Origin: Syntrophorhabdaceae bacterium
GTDB taxonomy: Bacteria; Desulfobacterota; Syntrophorhabdia; Syntrophorhabdales; Syntrophorhabdaceae
NCBI GenBank assembly: GCA_963666485.2
Contig: CAXXUO010000009.1
Span: forward strand, 256,001-320,000
Direction: 5' to 3'
Length of the DNA stretch: 64,000 bases
In this document: positions 36,869 through 46,316 of the stretch, piece after piece
Position numbering within the stretch: position 1 is the stretch's first letter
Layout: every line of letters starts with the position of its first letter
Program-made: the position numbers and the translations under genes
Notes under the pieces: model-generated
What the model was told of the DNA's origin: nothing
Databases searched by the model: none
The model's input: only the letters and a program-made list of their open reading frames with translations

Positions 36869-39010
36869 ATGATACGTTTTAACGATATCGTCGACGAGGT
36901 CCTGACGTACAACCCCGATGCCGACGTGGAGCTGCTGCAAAGGGCATATATTTTTTCCGCGAAGGCGCACAAGGGGCAGATCGGCCTTTCCGGGGAGCCG
37001 TACCTGATCCATCCGCTCGAAACAGCCTATACATTGACGAAAATGAACCTCGACATTCCGAGCATTGTCTCCGGGCTTCTTCATGATACGATCGAGGATT
37101 CATACGTCGAGAAAAAAGAGATCGAGGAGTATTTCGGCAAAGAAATAGCCGAGCTCGTCGACGGCGTGACCAAGATAAGCAAGATACCCCTCAAGACGTC
37201 CGAGGAGTCGCGCATCGAGAATTTCCGGAAGATGATCCTCGCGATGAGTAAGGATATCAGGGTGATACTTGTCAAGCTGGCCGACAGGTATCACAACATG
37301 CAGACCCTCAATTTCCTGTCGCCGGAAAAACAGATCGAGATCGCGCGCGAGACATTTGAGATCTATGCGCCTTTAGCTCACAGGCTCGGCATCGAATGGT
37401 TGAGGGCGCAGCTCGAAGATGCCGCGTTTAAATACCTCAAGCCGACTGAATATAAACTCATCGCGGACACTATCGCCCAGAGGAAGAAAGAGCGCGAGGC
37501 ATACATCGATGAGGTGATCGGTCTTTTGCGTCAGAAGCTCGGGGAATTCCAGCTCAAGGCGGACATATTCGGCCGCGCCAAACATCTCTACAGCATCTAC
37601 CGCAAAATGACCAACGAAGGTCTTAATATCGATGATATTTATGACATCATTGCCTTTCGTGTCGTTGTCGACACGATCAAGGAATGCTACGAGGCGCTCG
37701 GCATCATACACGCCGCGTATAAACCGATACCGGGGAAGTTCAGCGACTACATAGCGCTTCCCAAGGCCAATATGTACCAGTCGCTGCACACGAAGATCAT
37801 AGGGCCGCACGGGGAGAAGATCGAGATACAGATCAGGACGAAAGAGATGCACCGTCTTGCCGAGGAAGGGATCGCCGCGCACTGGAAATACAAGGAAGGC
37901 AAGGTCTTCAACCCCAAGGAGGACAAGATCTTCGCCTGGCTGCGCAGGATCATCGAATGGCAGCAGGAGCTCAAAGACAACAAGGAATTCATGGAGGTCT
38001 TCAAGATAGACCTCTTTCCCGACGAGGTGTACGTGTTCACCCCCAACGGGGACGTGCGGGAGCTTCCGAAAGGCGCGACCCCCGTCGATTTTGCGTACGC
38101 CATCCATTCCGAGCTTGGCCACCGGTGCGTGGGCGCAAAGGTAAACGGCAAGCTCGTACCGCTGCGCTCCCTGCTCAAGAGCGGCGACACCGTCGAGATC
38201 ATGACCAGCCCCACCCACAAGCCGAGCAAAGACTGGCTGAGCTTTGTCGCGACATCAAAAGCCAAGACAAAAATACGGCAATGGATCAAAACGGAACAAC
38301 GGGAGAAGTCGATCGAGCTTGGCCGCAACCTGCTTGACAAGGAACTTGCAAAACACGATCTGAACTTTTCGAAGATCCTCAAAAATGGGGAGTTCACCCC
38401 CATAGCAAAGGAATTCAGCTTCGAATCGGTCGACGATCTCTTCGCCAGCGTCGGGTACGGCCTGTACACCCCGCTGCAGGTCCTCAACAAGATCGTCCCC
38501 GAACAGGAAAAGCCCATCACGGGCAAGATCAAGAGCATCATCAGTTCGTTCAAGAAGAGCCGTGACGAAGCGATCAAGATAAAAGGGATCGACGGCCTCG
38601 TCATACGGTTCGCGAAATGCTGCAACCCGATCCCCGGCGACAATATAATAGGCTTCATAACGCGCGGACGCGGCATTACCGTTCACGTGGAAGACTGTCC
38701 CAATGTCCACACGTATGACGAGCAGCGCAAGGTCGAGGTCAGCTGGCAGCTCAGCAAGAATTACACGTTCCCCGTACGGTTTAAGGTCACGGGGAGCGAC
38801 AGAAAAGGAATTCTTTCCGATATCAGCAGCGTCATAGCGGCAAACAAGGTCAACATCCTGAGCGCCCAGGCGATGGCGTATCCCGACCGGTCTTTTGCAG
38901 GAAGCTACGAGGTCGAGATAGAACACATGACCCAGCTTCAGAAGGTCATGAAGTCGATACAAAAAGTAAAGGGTGTCCGTTCTGTCGACAGGATGCGGAC
39001 GTTGACGTAA
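36869..39010 (+). CDS. rel: Long RelA/SpoT homologue (HD, SYNTH, TGS, ZFD, ACT)
   Basis: LLHDTIED, KLADRYHNM, YAPLAHRLG, YQSLHT, EIQIRT, GIAAHWKYKE, TPVDFAY, CCNPIPGD. Confidence 0.95.
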   Translation: MIRFNDIVDEVLTYNPDADVELLQRAYIFSAKAHKGQIGLSGEPYLIHPLETAYTLTKMNLDIPSIVSGLLHDTIEDSYVEKKEIEEYFGKEIAELVDGVTKISKIPLKTSEESRIENFRKMILAMSKDIRVILVKLADRYHNMQTLNFLSPEKQIEIARETFEIYAPLAHRLGIEWLRAQLEDAAFKYLKPTEYKLIADTIAQRKKEREAYIDEVIGLLRQKLGEFQLKADIFGRAKHLYSIYRKMTNEGLNIDDIYDIIAFRVVVDTIKECYEALGIIHAAYKPIPGKFSDYIALPKANMYQSLHTKIIGPHGEKIEIQIRTKEMHRLAEEGIAAHWKYKEGKVFNPKEDKIFAWLRRIIEWQQELKDNKEFMEVFKIDLFPDEVYVFTPNGDVRELPKGATPVDFAYAIHSELGHRCVGAKVNGKLVPLRSLLKSGDTVEIMTSPTHKPSKDWLSFVATSKAKTKIRQWIKTEQREKSIELGRNLLDKELAKHDLNFSKILKNGEFTPIAKEFSFESVDDLFASVGYGLYTPLQVLNKIVPEQEKPITGKIKSIISSFKKSRDEAIKIKGIDGLVIRFAKCCNPIPGDNIIGFITRGRGITVHVEDCPNVHTYDEQRKVEVSWQLSKNYTFPVRFKVTGSDRKGILSDISSVIAANKVNILSAQAMAYPDRSFAGSYEVEIEHMTQLQKVMKSIQKVKGVRSVDRMRTLT

Positions 39011-39108
39011 AAAAGGACGGGTGATGGGTGATGGGCTACGGGCGGATGGGGCGCAGGGCGATGGGTGAGAAGAAGGCGGTATCAGGAGAGAACAAGAGGG
39101 GATATTCC

Positions 39109-39810
39109 ATGAAGAGTGTCATTCTATTGATCCTGGTTGTGTTATTGGTCTTTCCTGTTATCGCTCAGGCGACCTATCCCGTGCAAAGGACGCTGACGGG
39201 GTGCGTTGTCGACAATACCTTCTATAGCATTTATCTCGACAAGGATTCGGGCCGTGCCTATCGCATAAATCTTTCCCCGCCCGTCGACCTCAAGCCGTAC
39301 GAAGGCAGGCCGGTGCGTGTGACCGGATGGCTGAGCCCGGGGGACAGGTTCAGCATAAAAGACAAGACCTCCATCGAGATGACAGGCGCCGCCTGCGATC
39401 CCCGGTCCCGAAAGGCAATAAACAGCGAATATGCCCTGAATTACAGGCTTCAGGCGGGCGCGGCGGCAAGGCAGGGAAATTTCGATGAAGCCCTGTCCAC
39501 GATCGACAAGGCCTTCAAGATCGACAATACCGACTGCGATACATATACGGACCGCGCGACAATCTATTGCATGAAGAATGATTTCGGTGCGGCCCTGCAA
39601 GATATGTCCGTTATAAAGACCGGCGCATGCACCAATCCGAAGAAGGCAAACTACCTTCTGCTGGAAGACCTGGGCAAATGCCTCGAGCAAAAAGGGAAAA
39701 GGGACGAAGCCCTCGACGCCTACCGGCTGGCCCGCAACGCCTGCATCGGGCGAGGCGCCCCTCAATGCGAACAACGTCTCGCCGAACAAATCAAACGGCT
39801 CGGCCGATAA
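39109..39810 (+). CDS. Secreted Cys-rich protein with C-terminal TPR repeats
   Basis: Signal peptide MKSVILL...IAQA after RBS GAGGGG; TPR-like QGNFDEAL...AFKID and LGKCLEQKGKRDEAL. Confidence 0.75.
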   Translation: MKSVILLILVVLLVFPVIAQATYPVQRTLTGCVVDNTFYSIYLDKDSGRAYRINLSPPVDLKPYEGRPVRVTGWLSPGDRFSIKDKTSIEMTGAACDPRSRKAINSEYALNYRLQAGAAARQGNFDEALSTIDKAFKIDNTDCDTYTDRATIYCMKNDFGAALQDMSVIKTGACTNPKKANYLLLEDLGKCLEQKGKRDEALDAYRLARNACIGRGAPQCEQRLAEQIKRLGR

Positions 39811-39851
39811 ATCTACTTCAATGAATTATGAACCGGAAATTAAATGGATGA

Positions 39852-39996
39852 TGATTCTTCGTTCTAATCGCTAAATCACAGATGATAGCGAGGCGCCGAG
39901 GAGGGATTACCGGAGGCGTACTTACGTACGCTGAGGATAATCCCGACGAAGGCAACGAAGCTAGCGCTTTGATTAGGCGATTAGAACGAAGAATCA
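39852..39996. mobile_element. 145-bp palindromic MITE/REP-like element
   Basis: Perfect 20-bp terminal inverted repeats TGATTCTTCGTTCTAATCGC (39852-39871 and 39977-39996); nested inner palindromes GGGATTA/TAATCCC and GCGTAC/GTACGC. Confidence 0.7.
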
Positions 39997-40185
39997 GACG
40001 GCTTTTTGGAAATTACCCTTCTTGATACATTTCGTGCAGAGCCGGGCGGTATGAGCTTTACCATCTTTTACGATACGGACGGTCTGAAGATTCGGCAGCC
40101 ATTCTCTTTTGCTTTTATTGTTCGCATGGCTCACGTTGTTACCAATTTGTTTTCCTTTACCACAGATCTCACAGATCCTTGCCAT
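39994..40185 (-). CDS. rpmB: 50S ribosomal protein L28 (Zn-binding form)
   Basis: [11 protein letters not shown]...[10 protein letters not shown]...PNLQ...CTKC; RBS AAGGAGG before ATG 40185. Confidence 0.97.
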   Translation of the reverse strand: MARICEICGKGKQIGNNVSHANNKSKREWLPNLQTVRIVKDGKAHTARLCTKCIKKGNFQKAV

Positions 40186-40546
40186 TTTTGACCTCCTTGA
40201 CTGCATTGGGAACTTCAGCCCATGTGTATACGGTTTTAAAGACAAAGATTTTAACCGCTTAGCCCCCCCATGTCAATAGTTTTATCCGCGGTCCGGATCA
40301 CTCGCTTTCGTACACGGCGCAGAGCCCGCAAAAAACCGCATAAAATCAGGCACGTAAAGTGCTGCCAGGGACCAGGAAGGAAAGTGCCGGGAATTACTGG
40401 GCAAAATTACCTGCTTTTCAATCATAGAGCTAAGGCATTGGACTGATCGGTTTTATCAATATATATTGAAATAACTGGGTCTTTCAAAATGCACGGCCGG
40501 GTGGCATTGAGGGAAATAACCTGTGTCATTGCGGCCGTTAGATCGT

Positions 40547-40591
40547 CTTTCCACATCTTTTCAACAGGAATTCAACAACGGGTGTGGAAAA
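40547..40591. promoter_or_regulatory. Cluster of DnaA-box-like 9-mers
   Basis: CTTTCCACA 40547, TTTTCAACA 40558, AATTCAACA 40569 (11-bp period), and inverted TGTGGAAAA 40583. Confidence 0.5.
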
Positions 40592-40629
40592 AATATTTTC
40601 GAATGACCTGATAATGGTCCGGCGGTGTC

Positions 40630-41097
40630 TTACCTGCTGAAGACGGCCTTAACGCCCCGCCGAATCCCGCACTGCTTCGCTTCGCCGGCATTTACCTCGA
40701 GCACATACCGGGCCGGGTAGCGGGAACTGATGGTGGTCTCATCATGCGGCTCCGCATCAGGATGGATATGAACAACGTCGTTCTTTCCGTTTATAAATAT
40801 CATGTCGAGCCCTATAACCACATTCTTCATCCAGTAATGCAGTATTTCATCACGGTCATGGACAAAGAGCATCCCGTACCGGGAGGGCAGGTACGGCCTG
40901 AACATGAGCCCCCGCGCCTGTTCGTAAGGCGTGACGGCTGTTTCTGCCTCGATCCTGCACAATTGCCGGCCCGAGCTGTCGACGAACGTGACAGGGACCT
41001 TCCGGACCTCCGCCGATAGTACGAGAACGGGTAGTGCTGCGACGAAGAGAAAGGTACACAGTACAATGCCGGCTACAGAAACGTGTGAAATTTTCAT
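40630..41097 (-). CDS. DUF192 family exported protein
   Basis: ARGLMFR, GMLFV, WMKNV, LDMIFI, YVLEVNAG. Confidence 0.9.
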   Translation of the reverse strand: MKISHVSVAGIVLCTFLFVAALPVLVLSAEVRKVPVTFVDSSGRQLCRIEAETAVTPYEQARGLMFRPYLPSRYGMLFVHDRDEILHYWMKNVVIGLDMIFINGKNDVVHIHPDAEPHDETTISSRYPARYVLEVNAGEAKQCGIRRGVKAVFSR

Positions 41098-41217
41098 ATG
41101 TTTTATCCTGCTTCATCCGCGGCCCCAAAGTCAAGCCTTATACTCTTGCTGCGTGGCGGTGAAATCTCTTTACTCACCATATAATTGAGCATTATATATA
41201 TAGCCGGAAGGACCACC

Positions 41218-41925
41218 ATGGGACCACAGCAGATTACGGAGATGATATGGCGCGTCGCGGGCCCTGATATGACGAATCCGAGGGACAGCGCCGTCTATTT
41301 GGTCGATGCCGGAGAGTCCGTCCTTATCGACTGCGGATCAGGACATGGCTTCGAGGGTATGCTCGTCAATATCAAAAAGGCGGGATTTCGGCCGGATGAT
41401 ATACGGACCCTCGTCATGACGCATTGCCACGCAGACCACATGGGCGCAGCGCCGCTTATGAGGTCCCGTTTCGGAACGAGGCTCGTCATGCATGAAAAGG
41501 ATGCGGAAATAGTCGAACGAGGCGATATACGGCTCACAGCCGCATTCTGCTTTGACGTTGACCTCAAACCCCTTCCCATTGATGTCAGGCTCGAGGGCGA
41601 TGCCGGGCGCCTTGAATTTAACGGCCATATTCTGCAATGGATTCACACCCCGGGGCACACACCCGGTTCGATCTCCCTGCATATGGATAAAGATGGCGAA
41701 AAGGTCCTTTTCGCCCAGGATATCGGGGCCCCGCTCCTTTCCGAATTCGATTGCGATCCAGCGGCCTGGCTTACGTCCCTGCAAAAGCTTCTCGCGCTCG
41801 AAGCCGACATACTGTGCGATGGCCACAGCGGGGCCTACGGCCCGAAAGATGTCGTCAGGCAATATCTCGAATATTGCCTCGCCTCGCAATACCAGAACGG
41901 TTATCTCGACGGCGTAAAACAGTAA
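41218..41925 (+). CDS. Metallo-beta-lactamase-fold hydrolase
   Basis: LIDCG, THCHADH, HTPGHTPGS, LCDGH; ATG at 41218. Confidence 0.9.
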   Translation: MGPQQITEMIWRVAGPDMTNPRDSAVYLVDAGESVLIDCGSGHGFEGMLVNIKKAGFRPDDIRTLVMTHCHADHMGAAPLMRSRFGTRLVMHEKDAEIVERGDIRLTAAFCFDVDLKPLPIDVRLEGDAGRLEFNGHILQWIHTPGHTPGSISLHMDKDGEKVLFAQDIGAPLLSEFDCDPAAWLTSLQKLLALEADILCDGHSGAYGPKDVVRQYLEYCLASQYQNGYLDGVKQ

Positions 41926-42203
41926 AAACAACCACCTTCCCTGTCATCCTTCGGCACGACGCTGAAGTCTGCAAAAGCATGACCCAATAATTGGCCGTTC
42001 CGCGACAGACACCCTGCACCCAATTGCTTATTCTATGTGTAATGAACAGGAGATCGGAAGGCTATTCTTGCTTCGGCACTGACGTCAATCTCCGGACTGC
42101 AATATGTCCTGCCAGGCCCAAGCGCCGGCCGGAAGGAGGTGCGGTACAAACTTCAACAGGGCCAGAAAAGGTCGGCAACAAAAATTTTTCATAAAAAGGA
42201 GAG

Positions 42204-42686
42204 ATGATTATGAAAAGGGCAGTCTTGTTATCGGTGGCAGTCATATGTGCAGCGGTGTTCTTATTCCTCGCCTCGGGAAATGTTATGGCCCAGATGACAT
42301 CGGGGGCCGTTCCCGACATGCCTGACAACCCCTGGGTCGCGCATTACAAAGCAGGTGAAATGATGATGACCGAGGCTCAGAAAACGATCCAGAGATGCAA
42401 TGAGCAGATCGCAACTGCCGAAATGATGAAAAAAGAGGCCCAGGAAGGCCGGGCAAAGGCCCAGATCACGGGCGGCACGAAAAGGGCCGACTCGAAGGCT
42501 GGCGGCGCGGCAGACCAGCCCGGGTATCCGTATCTGAGTCAGGAACAGGCAGCCGACCAGATGATAGCAGACGCCAGGATGACCATTCAACGGTGTGAAT
42601 TGCAGATGAAGCAGGGAGCGAAAATGAGAGATGAAGCGGCGGCGCAGTTAAGGGCCATGGGCGTAAGCGGTCCATGGGGTAGATAA
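42204..42686 (+). CDS. Secreted Met-rich helical protein with internal duplication
   Basis: RBS AAGGAG, signal peptide, two TIQRCxxQ repeats. Confidence 0.7.
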   Translation: MIMKRAVLLSVAVICAAVFLFLASGNVMAQMTSGAVPDMPDNPWVAHYKAGEMMMTEAQKTIQRCNEQIATAEMMKKEAQEGRAKAQITGGTKRADSKAGGAADQPGYPYLSQEQAADQMIADARMTIQRCELQMKQGAKMRDEAAAQLRAMGVSGPWGR

Positions 42687-42809
42687 GGGCCGGTACCCCC
42701 GATGGACTTGAGCGTATAAACCGCTTCCACGTTAGGATTACAGGGAGGAGCCGATCTCTTTCGGGGACGTGCTTCTCCCTTTCATTATGCTGCACACGAG
42801 GTAGGGCGC

Positions 42810-43436
42810 ATGGATGAGAAAGCGAGAAAGGTAGTCCTGCTATGGGCCGCATTCTTCTTCATTATGGTTTCGTGGCATGTCATGGCAGAAGCCACAATGT
42901 ATGCCCAGGCGGTCACTGACAAACTATATTCCGATGAAAAGACCAGGTTCCCCGACCTCAAACTCCCGGTCCCCGGGGATAAGACGGAAATGGAATACCT
43001 CGGGCTAACAGGAAAGGACACTTTCAGGATCGGAGATATACGTGCCGAGATCGTCATTATCGAGGTATTCAGCTTCTATTGTCCTACCTGCCGGGCCCAG
43101 GCCCCGCGTGTAGAGGAACTTTACAATAGTATCCAGGCTGACCCCGGGTTGAGAGACCGGGTTAAAATGATCGGCATAGCTGCCACCAACAGTCCTTTTG
43201 AAGCGAGGTCGTTCAAGGAATCGTATCACGTGCCTTTTCCGGTCTTTTCCGACGACGATAGCGAGATCGCCGTTACGTTGAACGTGAAATATACCCCGAC
43301 TTTCATCGGCGTACGGGTGAACGGGAAGGGGTCGCAGGAACAGTTTTACTGGAGGCCCGGAGCATTCACGAACCCCTCGCAGTTCTTGCAAGAGATCCTG
43401 AAAACATCAGGAACGGGGTTAAATAAAGGCAACTGA
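42810..43436 (+). CDS. TlpA/redoxin-like thiol-disulfide oxidoreductase
   Basis: N-terminal TM, FSFYCPTC, VPFPVFSD, cis-Pro motif YTPTF. Confidence 0.85.
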   Translation: MDEKARKVVLLWAAFFFIMVSWHVMAEATMYAQAVTDKLYSDEKTRFPDLKLPVPGDKTEMEYLGLTGKDTFRIGDIRAEIVIIEVFSFYCPTCRAQAPRVEELYNSIQADPGLRDRVKMIGIAATNSPFEARSFKESYHVPFPVFSDDDSEIAVTLNVKYTPTFIGVRVNGKGSQEQFYWRPGAFTNPSQFLQEILKTSGTGLNKGN

Positions 43437-43448
43437 TAGAGGCCCGTT

Positions 43449-43991
43449 CTATTCTTCCAGATCTATCTCCGCATTAAAGACTATGTCCACGGTCTTGCCC
43501 ACCATAAACCCGCCGTCCTCGATCCCGACGTTCCACATCATACCGAAATCTTCGCGATCGATAGACGTTGCCGCCCGGAACCCGAAGGTCGTATACGTTT
43601 GCTTCAGTTCATCGTCATAAAATTTCGACGGTCCGAGAAAGTCGGCCCTGAACGTGACGGGAAGCGTTATTCCGTGCATCGTGAGATCGCCGGTTATGAT
43701 GATATTATTGAGGGCAACAATATCAACCGCACTGCTCTTGAAGGTTATGGCGGGAAAATTCGCGGCATCAAAAAAATCGGCGCTCCTGAGGTGATTGTCC
43801 CGCCGCTCGACACCGGTATAGAGCCCCGCCGTGGCGATCTCGACCTCAACAGACATACTGCCCGGATCCGCAGGATCAAACTCTACGGACCCTTTCACTG
43901 AATTGAACTGCCCGTGGACCGGCGTGACCATCATATGGTGCACCGTAAATTCCGCAACTGCATGGTCCGGATCAATGATCCATTTCGCCAT
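43449..43991 (-). CDS. YceI family protein
   Basis: WIIDPDH, VHGQF, RDNHLRSADFFDA..FPAITFKS, GDLTMHG; RBS AAGGAGG before ATG 43991. Confidence 0.92.
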   Translation of the reverse strand: MAKWIIDPDHAVAEFTVHHMMVTPVHGQFNSVKGSVEFDPADPGSMSVEVEIATAGLYTGVERRDNHLRSADFFDAANFPAITFKSSAVDIVALNNIIITGDLTMHGITLPVTFRADFLGPSKFYDDELKQTYTTFGFRAATSIDREDFGMMWNVGIEDGGFMVGKTVDIVFNAEIDLEE

Positions 43992-44009
43992 ATCGTCCTC
44001 CTTTATAAT

Positions 44010-44122
44010 CGTAAGGCGTGAGGCGTGAGGCGTAGAAAAGACCAATAAATTCTGCCGTAATGTACCCGGCTCTCAGCACTGGCATTTTTTCGCTTTTAAC
44101 GCCTTACGCCTTACGCCTTACG
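44010..44122. repeat. Inverted heptamer repeat element
   Basis: CGTAAGG CGTGAGG CGTGAGG (44010-44030) facing CCTTACG x3 (44102-44122). Confidence 0.75.
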
Positions 44123-45606
44123 TTTTTCACAATATTCCTCACCGCTATCCTTCCCGAGCAAAGCGCGAAACTGCTTGCCGAACCCTCCGCGAGAAGATCG
44201 TAGGTGCTGTCGTAGAGGCCGCCCATGTCCTGACCTGTCACATAAAGACCGGGGATAATTTCGCCGTCGGGCCTCAAGGCCTGCATGTGCCTGTTGACGA
44301 CGACCCCGCCGAGGGTCAGGAAAAAAGCGCGCAGTCCTTTCAGCGCATAGTACGGCCCTTTCTTCACATCGAATCTTATAAGGTGCTCCGGTCTGCGATT
44401 GAAATCCGGGTCGTGTTTCTGATCTGCGTACCGGTTAATGGTTTCGATGGTATCACGGAGTTTTTCCGGCCTGATCCCTATCTTCTCCGCCAGTTCTCCG
44501 ATCGTGTCGGCCTTGAAGGTAAAACCGGATGCGATGCCCTTCATGATACCCTTCTCCAGGGCCGTCATTTTTTGTCCCGGGACGACAATGGCATTAAACG
44601 GGGTCAGAGGGCCGTTATCCTCCATATACCGCTTCATGGCCTCATCAAAGATCGACCACATGAGTCCGCCATTCGATGTCATCGCATTGTACACATCACT
44701 GAAGACGGAACCGAAGGATTCATTGTAGAAACGCTCGCCCTGACGGTTCACCCACAGGAACGGCTGGCTCAAGGCGCAGCGCATCTGTTTCATGTGGTCC
44801 GGCCCGCTGAATTGCCGGATGGCCGGCTCGTCATCGAGATAAGGGCTGTTTCCCGCGAGGGTCCCCATACCGGCAAGAGCGGCATGTGTGCGCGCAGCCA
44901 TGGTGATCCCGTCCCCGGTCCTGCCGTCGACGGCGGGGCCCCGGTACATGAGCTTCGCCATGCCGGGGGCACTGACATCGGGCACCCATTTCTTGAGCAT
45001 CTCCTTGTTGCTGGCAAAGCCTCCGGTTGCAATGATAACGGCCTTCGCGCGGACGGTCAATTGCGCGCCGTCCGCCTTTTGGGCCTTTATCCCGGTGACC
45101 ATACCTTCAGCATTCATCAATAATCTTTTTACCGGGGCGTTCGTCAGGACCGGGACGCCGCGTTCCCTGACGTGTTGTGACAATACCTTCACCAGCCTCG
45201 TCCCGCCGCCTTCAAAGATATGCCAGACATGGAGGCTCTTTTCGGGGGGGAACATGGTCCTGATATTCTTGATCGTCATTCCGAGGTCAGTCAGCCGGTC
45301 TATCATCGGGCCTGATTCGTTCAGAAGGGCGCGTATGACGGGTGCATTACAGCGCCAGTGGTGGAATTCCATCACCTTGGAGAAAACCTGGTCGACCGTT
45401 GTGGTGATGCCGTTCTCTTTCTGGTAGCGGGTCTCTATGCCCAGTGAACCTTCCGGAAAAAGACCGGCGCCCCCGACAAAAGGCATCTTTTCGAGAAGTA
45501 TTGCTTTCAGGCCCCCCTCGGCCGCGGCGAGGGCCGCTGAAAGCCCGCTCAAACCGCCGCCGGCAATCACGACATCAACATGGTGTGTCTGACTTTTTTT
45601 ATTCAT
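44104..45606 (-). CDS. FAD-dependent oxidoreductase, fumarate-reductase flavoprotein-like; substrate unknown
   Basis: VVIAGGGLSG, IIATGGF, TGDGITMA, WVNRQGERFYNE, TLGGV, IPGLYVTG. Confidence 0.85.
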   Translation of the reverse strand: MNKKSQTHHVDVVIAGGGLSGLSAALAAAEGGLKAILLEKMPFVGGAGLFPEGSLGIETRYQKENGITTTVDQVFSKVMEFHHWRCNAPVIRALLNESGPMIDRLTDLGMTIKNIRTMFPPEKSLHVWHIFEGGGTRLVKVLSQHVRERGVPVLTNAPVKRLLMNAEGMVTGIKAQKADGAQLTVRAKAVIIATGGFASNKEMLKKWVPDVSAPGMAKLMYRGPAVDGRTGDGITMAARTHAALAGMGTLAGNSPYLDDEPAIRQFSGPDHMKQMRCALSQPFLWVNRQGERFYNESFGSVFSDVYNAMTSNGGLMWSIFDEAMKRYMEDNGPLTPFNAIVVPGQKMTALEKGIMKGIASGFTFKADTIGELAEKIGIRPEKLRDTIETINRYADQKHDPDFNRRPEHLIRFDVKKGPYYALKGLRAFFLTLGGVVVNRHMQALRPDGEIIPGLYVTGQDMGGLYDSTYDLLAEGSASSFALCSGRIAVRNIVKNVRRKA

Positions 45607-45761
45607 TTCCCAACAATCTCTTTATGCGATTAATTTGTCTGTTGGACATAGTTCCAGTATACCGCATATTGATCATGGTTGCATTAGATCAAAGGGAAGT
45701 TTTGATGGGAAGAGAGCTTTATTCGTTCTGACTACGGGTTGTTCGCTTCAGTTACGGGTAT

Positions 45762-45792
45762 CGTCACCCCGGTGCTTGACACCGGAATGACG
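45762..45792. repeat. Short REP-like hairpin
   Basis: CGTCACCCCGGTG CTTGA CACCGGAATGACG imperfect inverted repeat in intergenic DNA. Confidence 0.45.
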
Positions 45793-45882
45793 GCCGGGGG
45801 GATCGAACGTTGTCAGGGTAGCTGGATTGGACGACGGCGGTAATAGATTATCGGGTCATCAACCGGTATTATGTACAACGTA

Positions 45883-46311
45883 TTATATGGAATAGACTTC
45901 CTTTCCAAGTGTTTTCACCCAATTCTGCCCCAACACCTTCTGCGCCTCCTCGGTCCTGTCGCAGCCGAGGATAACGATGGCATTGCCGGATACCCTGCCA
46001 AGGTGGGGGTACAGATAATGGACGTTAATGCCGGCAGCCCTGAGCGGCTTCAAGACGGCGAGCAGGCCGCCCGGATGGTCGGGTGTCTCGACGGCGAGAA
46101 CGTCGGTCTCCCGGGGGTTGAAACCGTTGCCCTTGAGGATGTTCTTAGCTTTTTCGGGGTCATCGACAACGAAGCGGACCGTGCTGATGTCCGATGTATC
46201 TGCAACGGAGATCGCCCGGATATTGACGCCTTCCCGTCCAAGGAGTTCGCTGACATGGGACAGTGCGCCGGGCACGTTTTCCAGGCTTATCGACAATTGG
46301 GTTATAAGCAT
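45883..46311 (-). CDS. Tandem ACT-domain protein
   Basis: QLSISLENVPGAL...GVNIRAISVADT and DHPGGL...GINVHYLY. Confidence 0.9.
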   Translation of the reverse strand: MLITQLSISLENVPGALSHVSELLGREGVNIRAISVADTSDISTVRFVVDDPEKAKNILKGNGFNPRETDVLAVETPDHPGGLLAVLKPLRAAGINVHYLYPHLGRVSGNAIVILGCDRTEEAQKVLGQNWVKTLGKEVYSI

Positions 46312-46316
46312 CGCAA

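Noticed and set aside
39028..39108. N-terminal extension MMGYGRMGRRAMG of the TPR protein
   Set aside because: It translates a G-rich heptamer tract; the RBS and signal peptide point to ATG 39109.
40370..40400. RNase P RNA-like GGAAAGT..CCGGG motif
   Set aside because: Imperfect match, and the conserved 3' pairing segment was not found downstream.
41949..42084. Repeated CTTCGGCAC(T)GACG upstream of the Met-rich protein gene as a riboswitch or sigma54 promoter
   Set aside because: Only two short imperfect copies, no -12 TTGC at the right spacing, and no recognisable aptamer.
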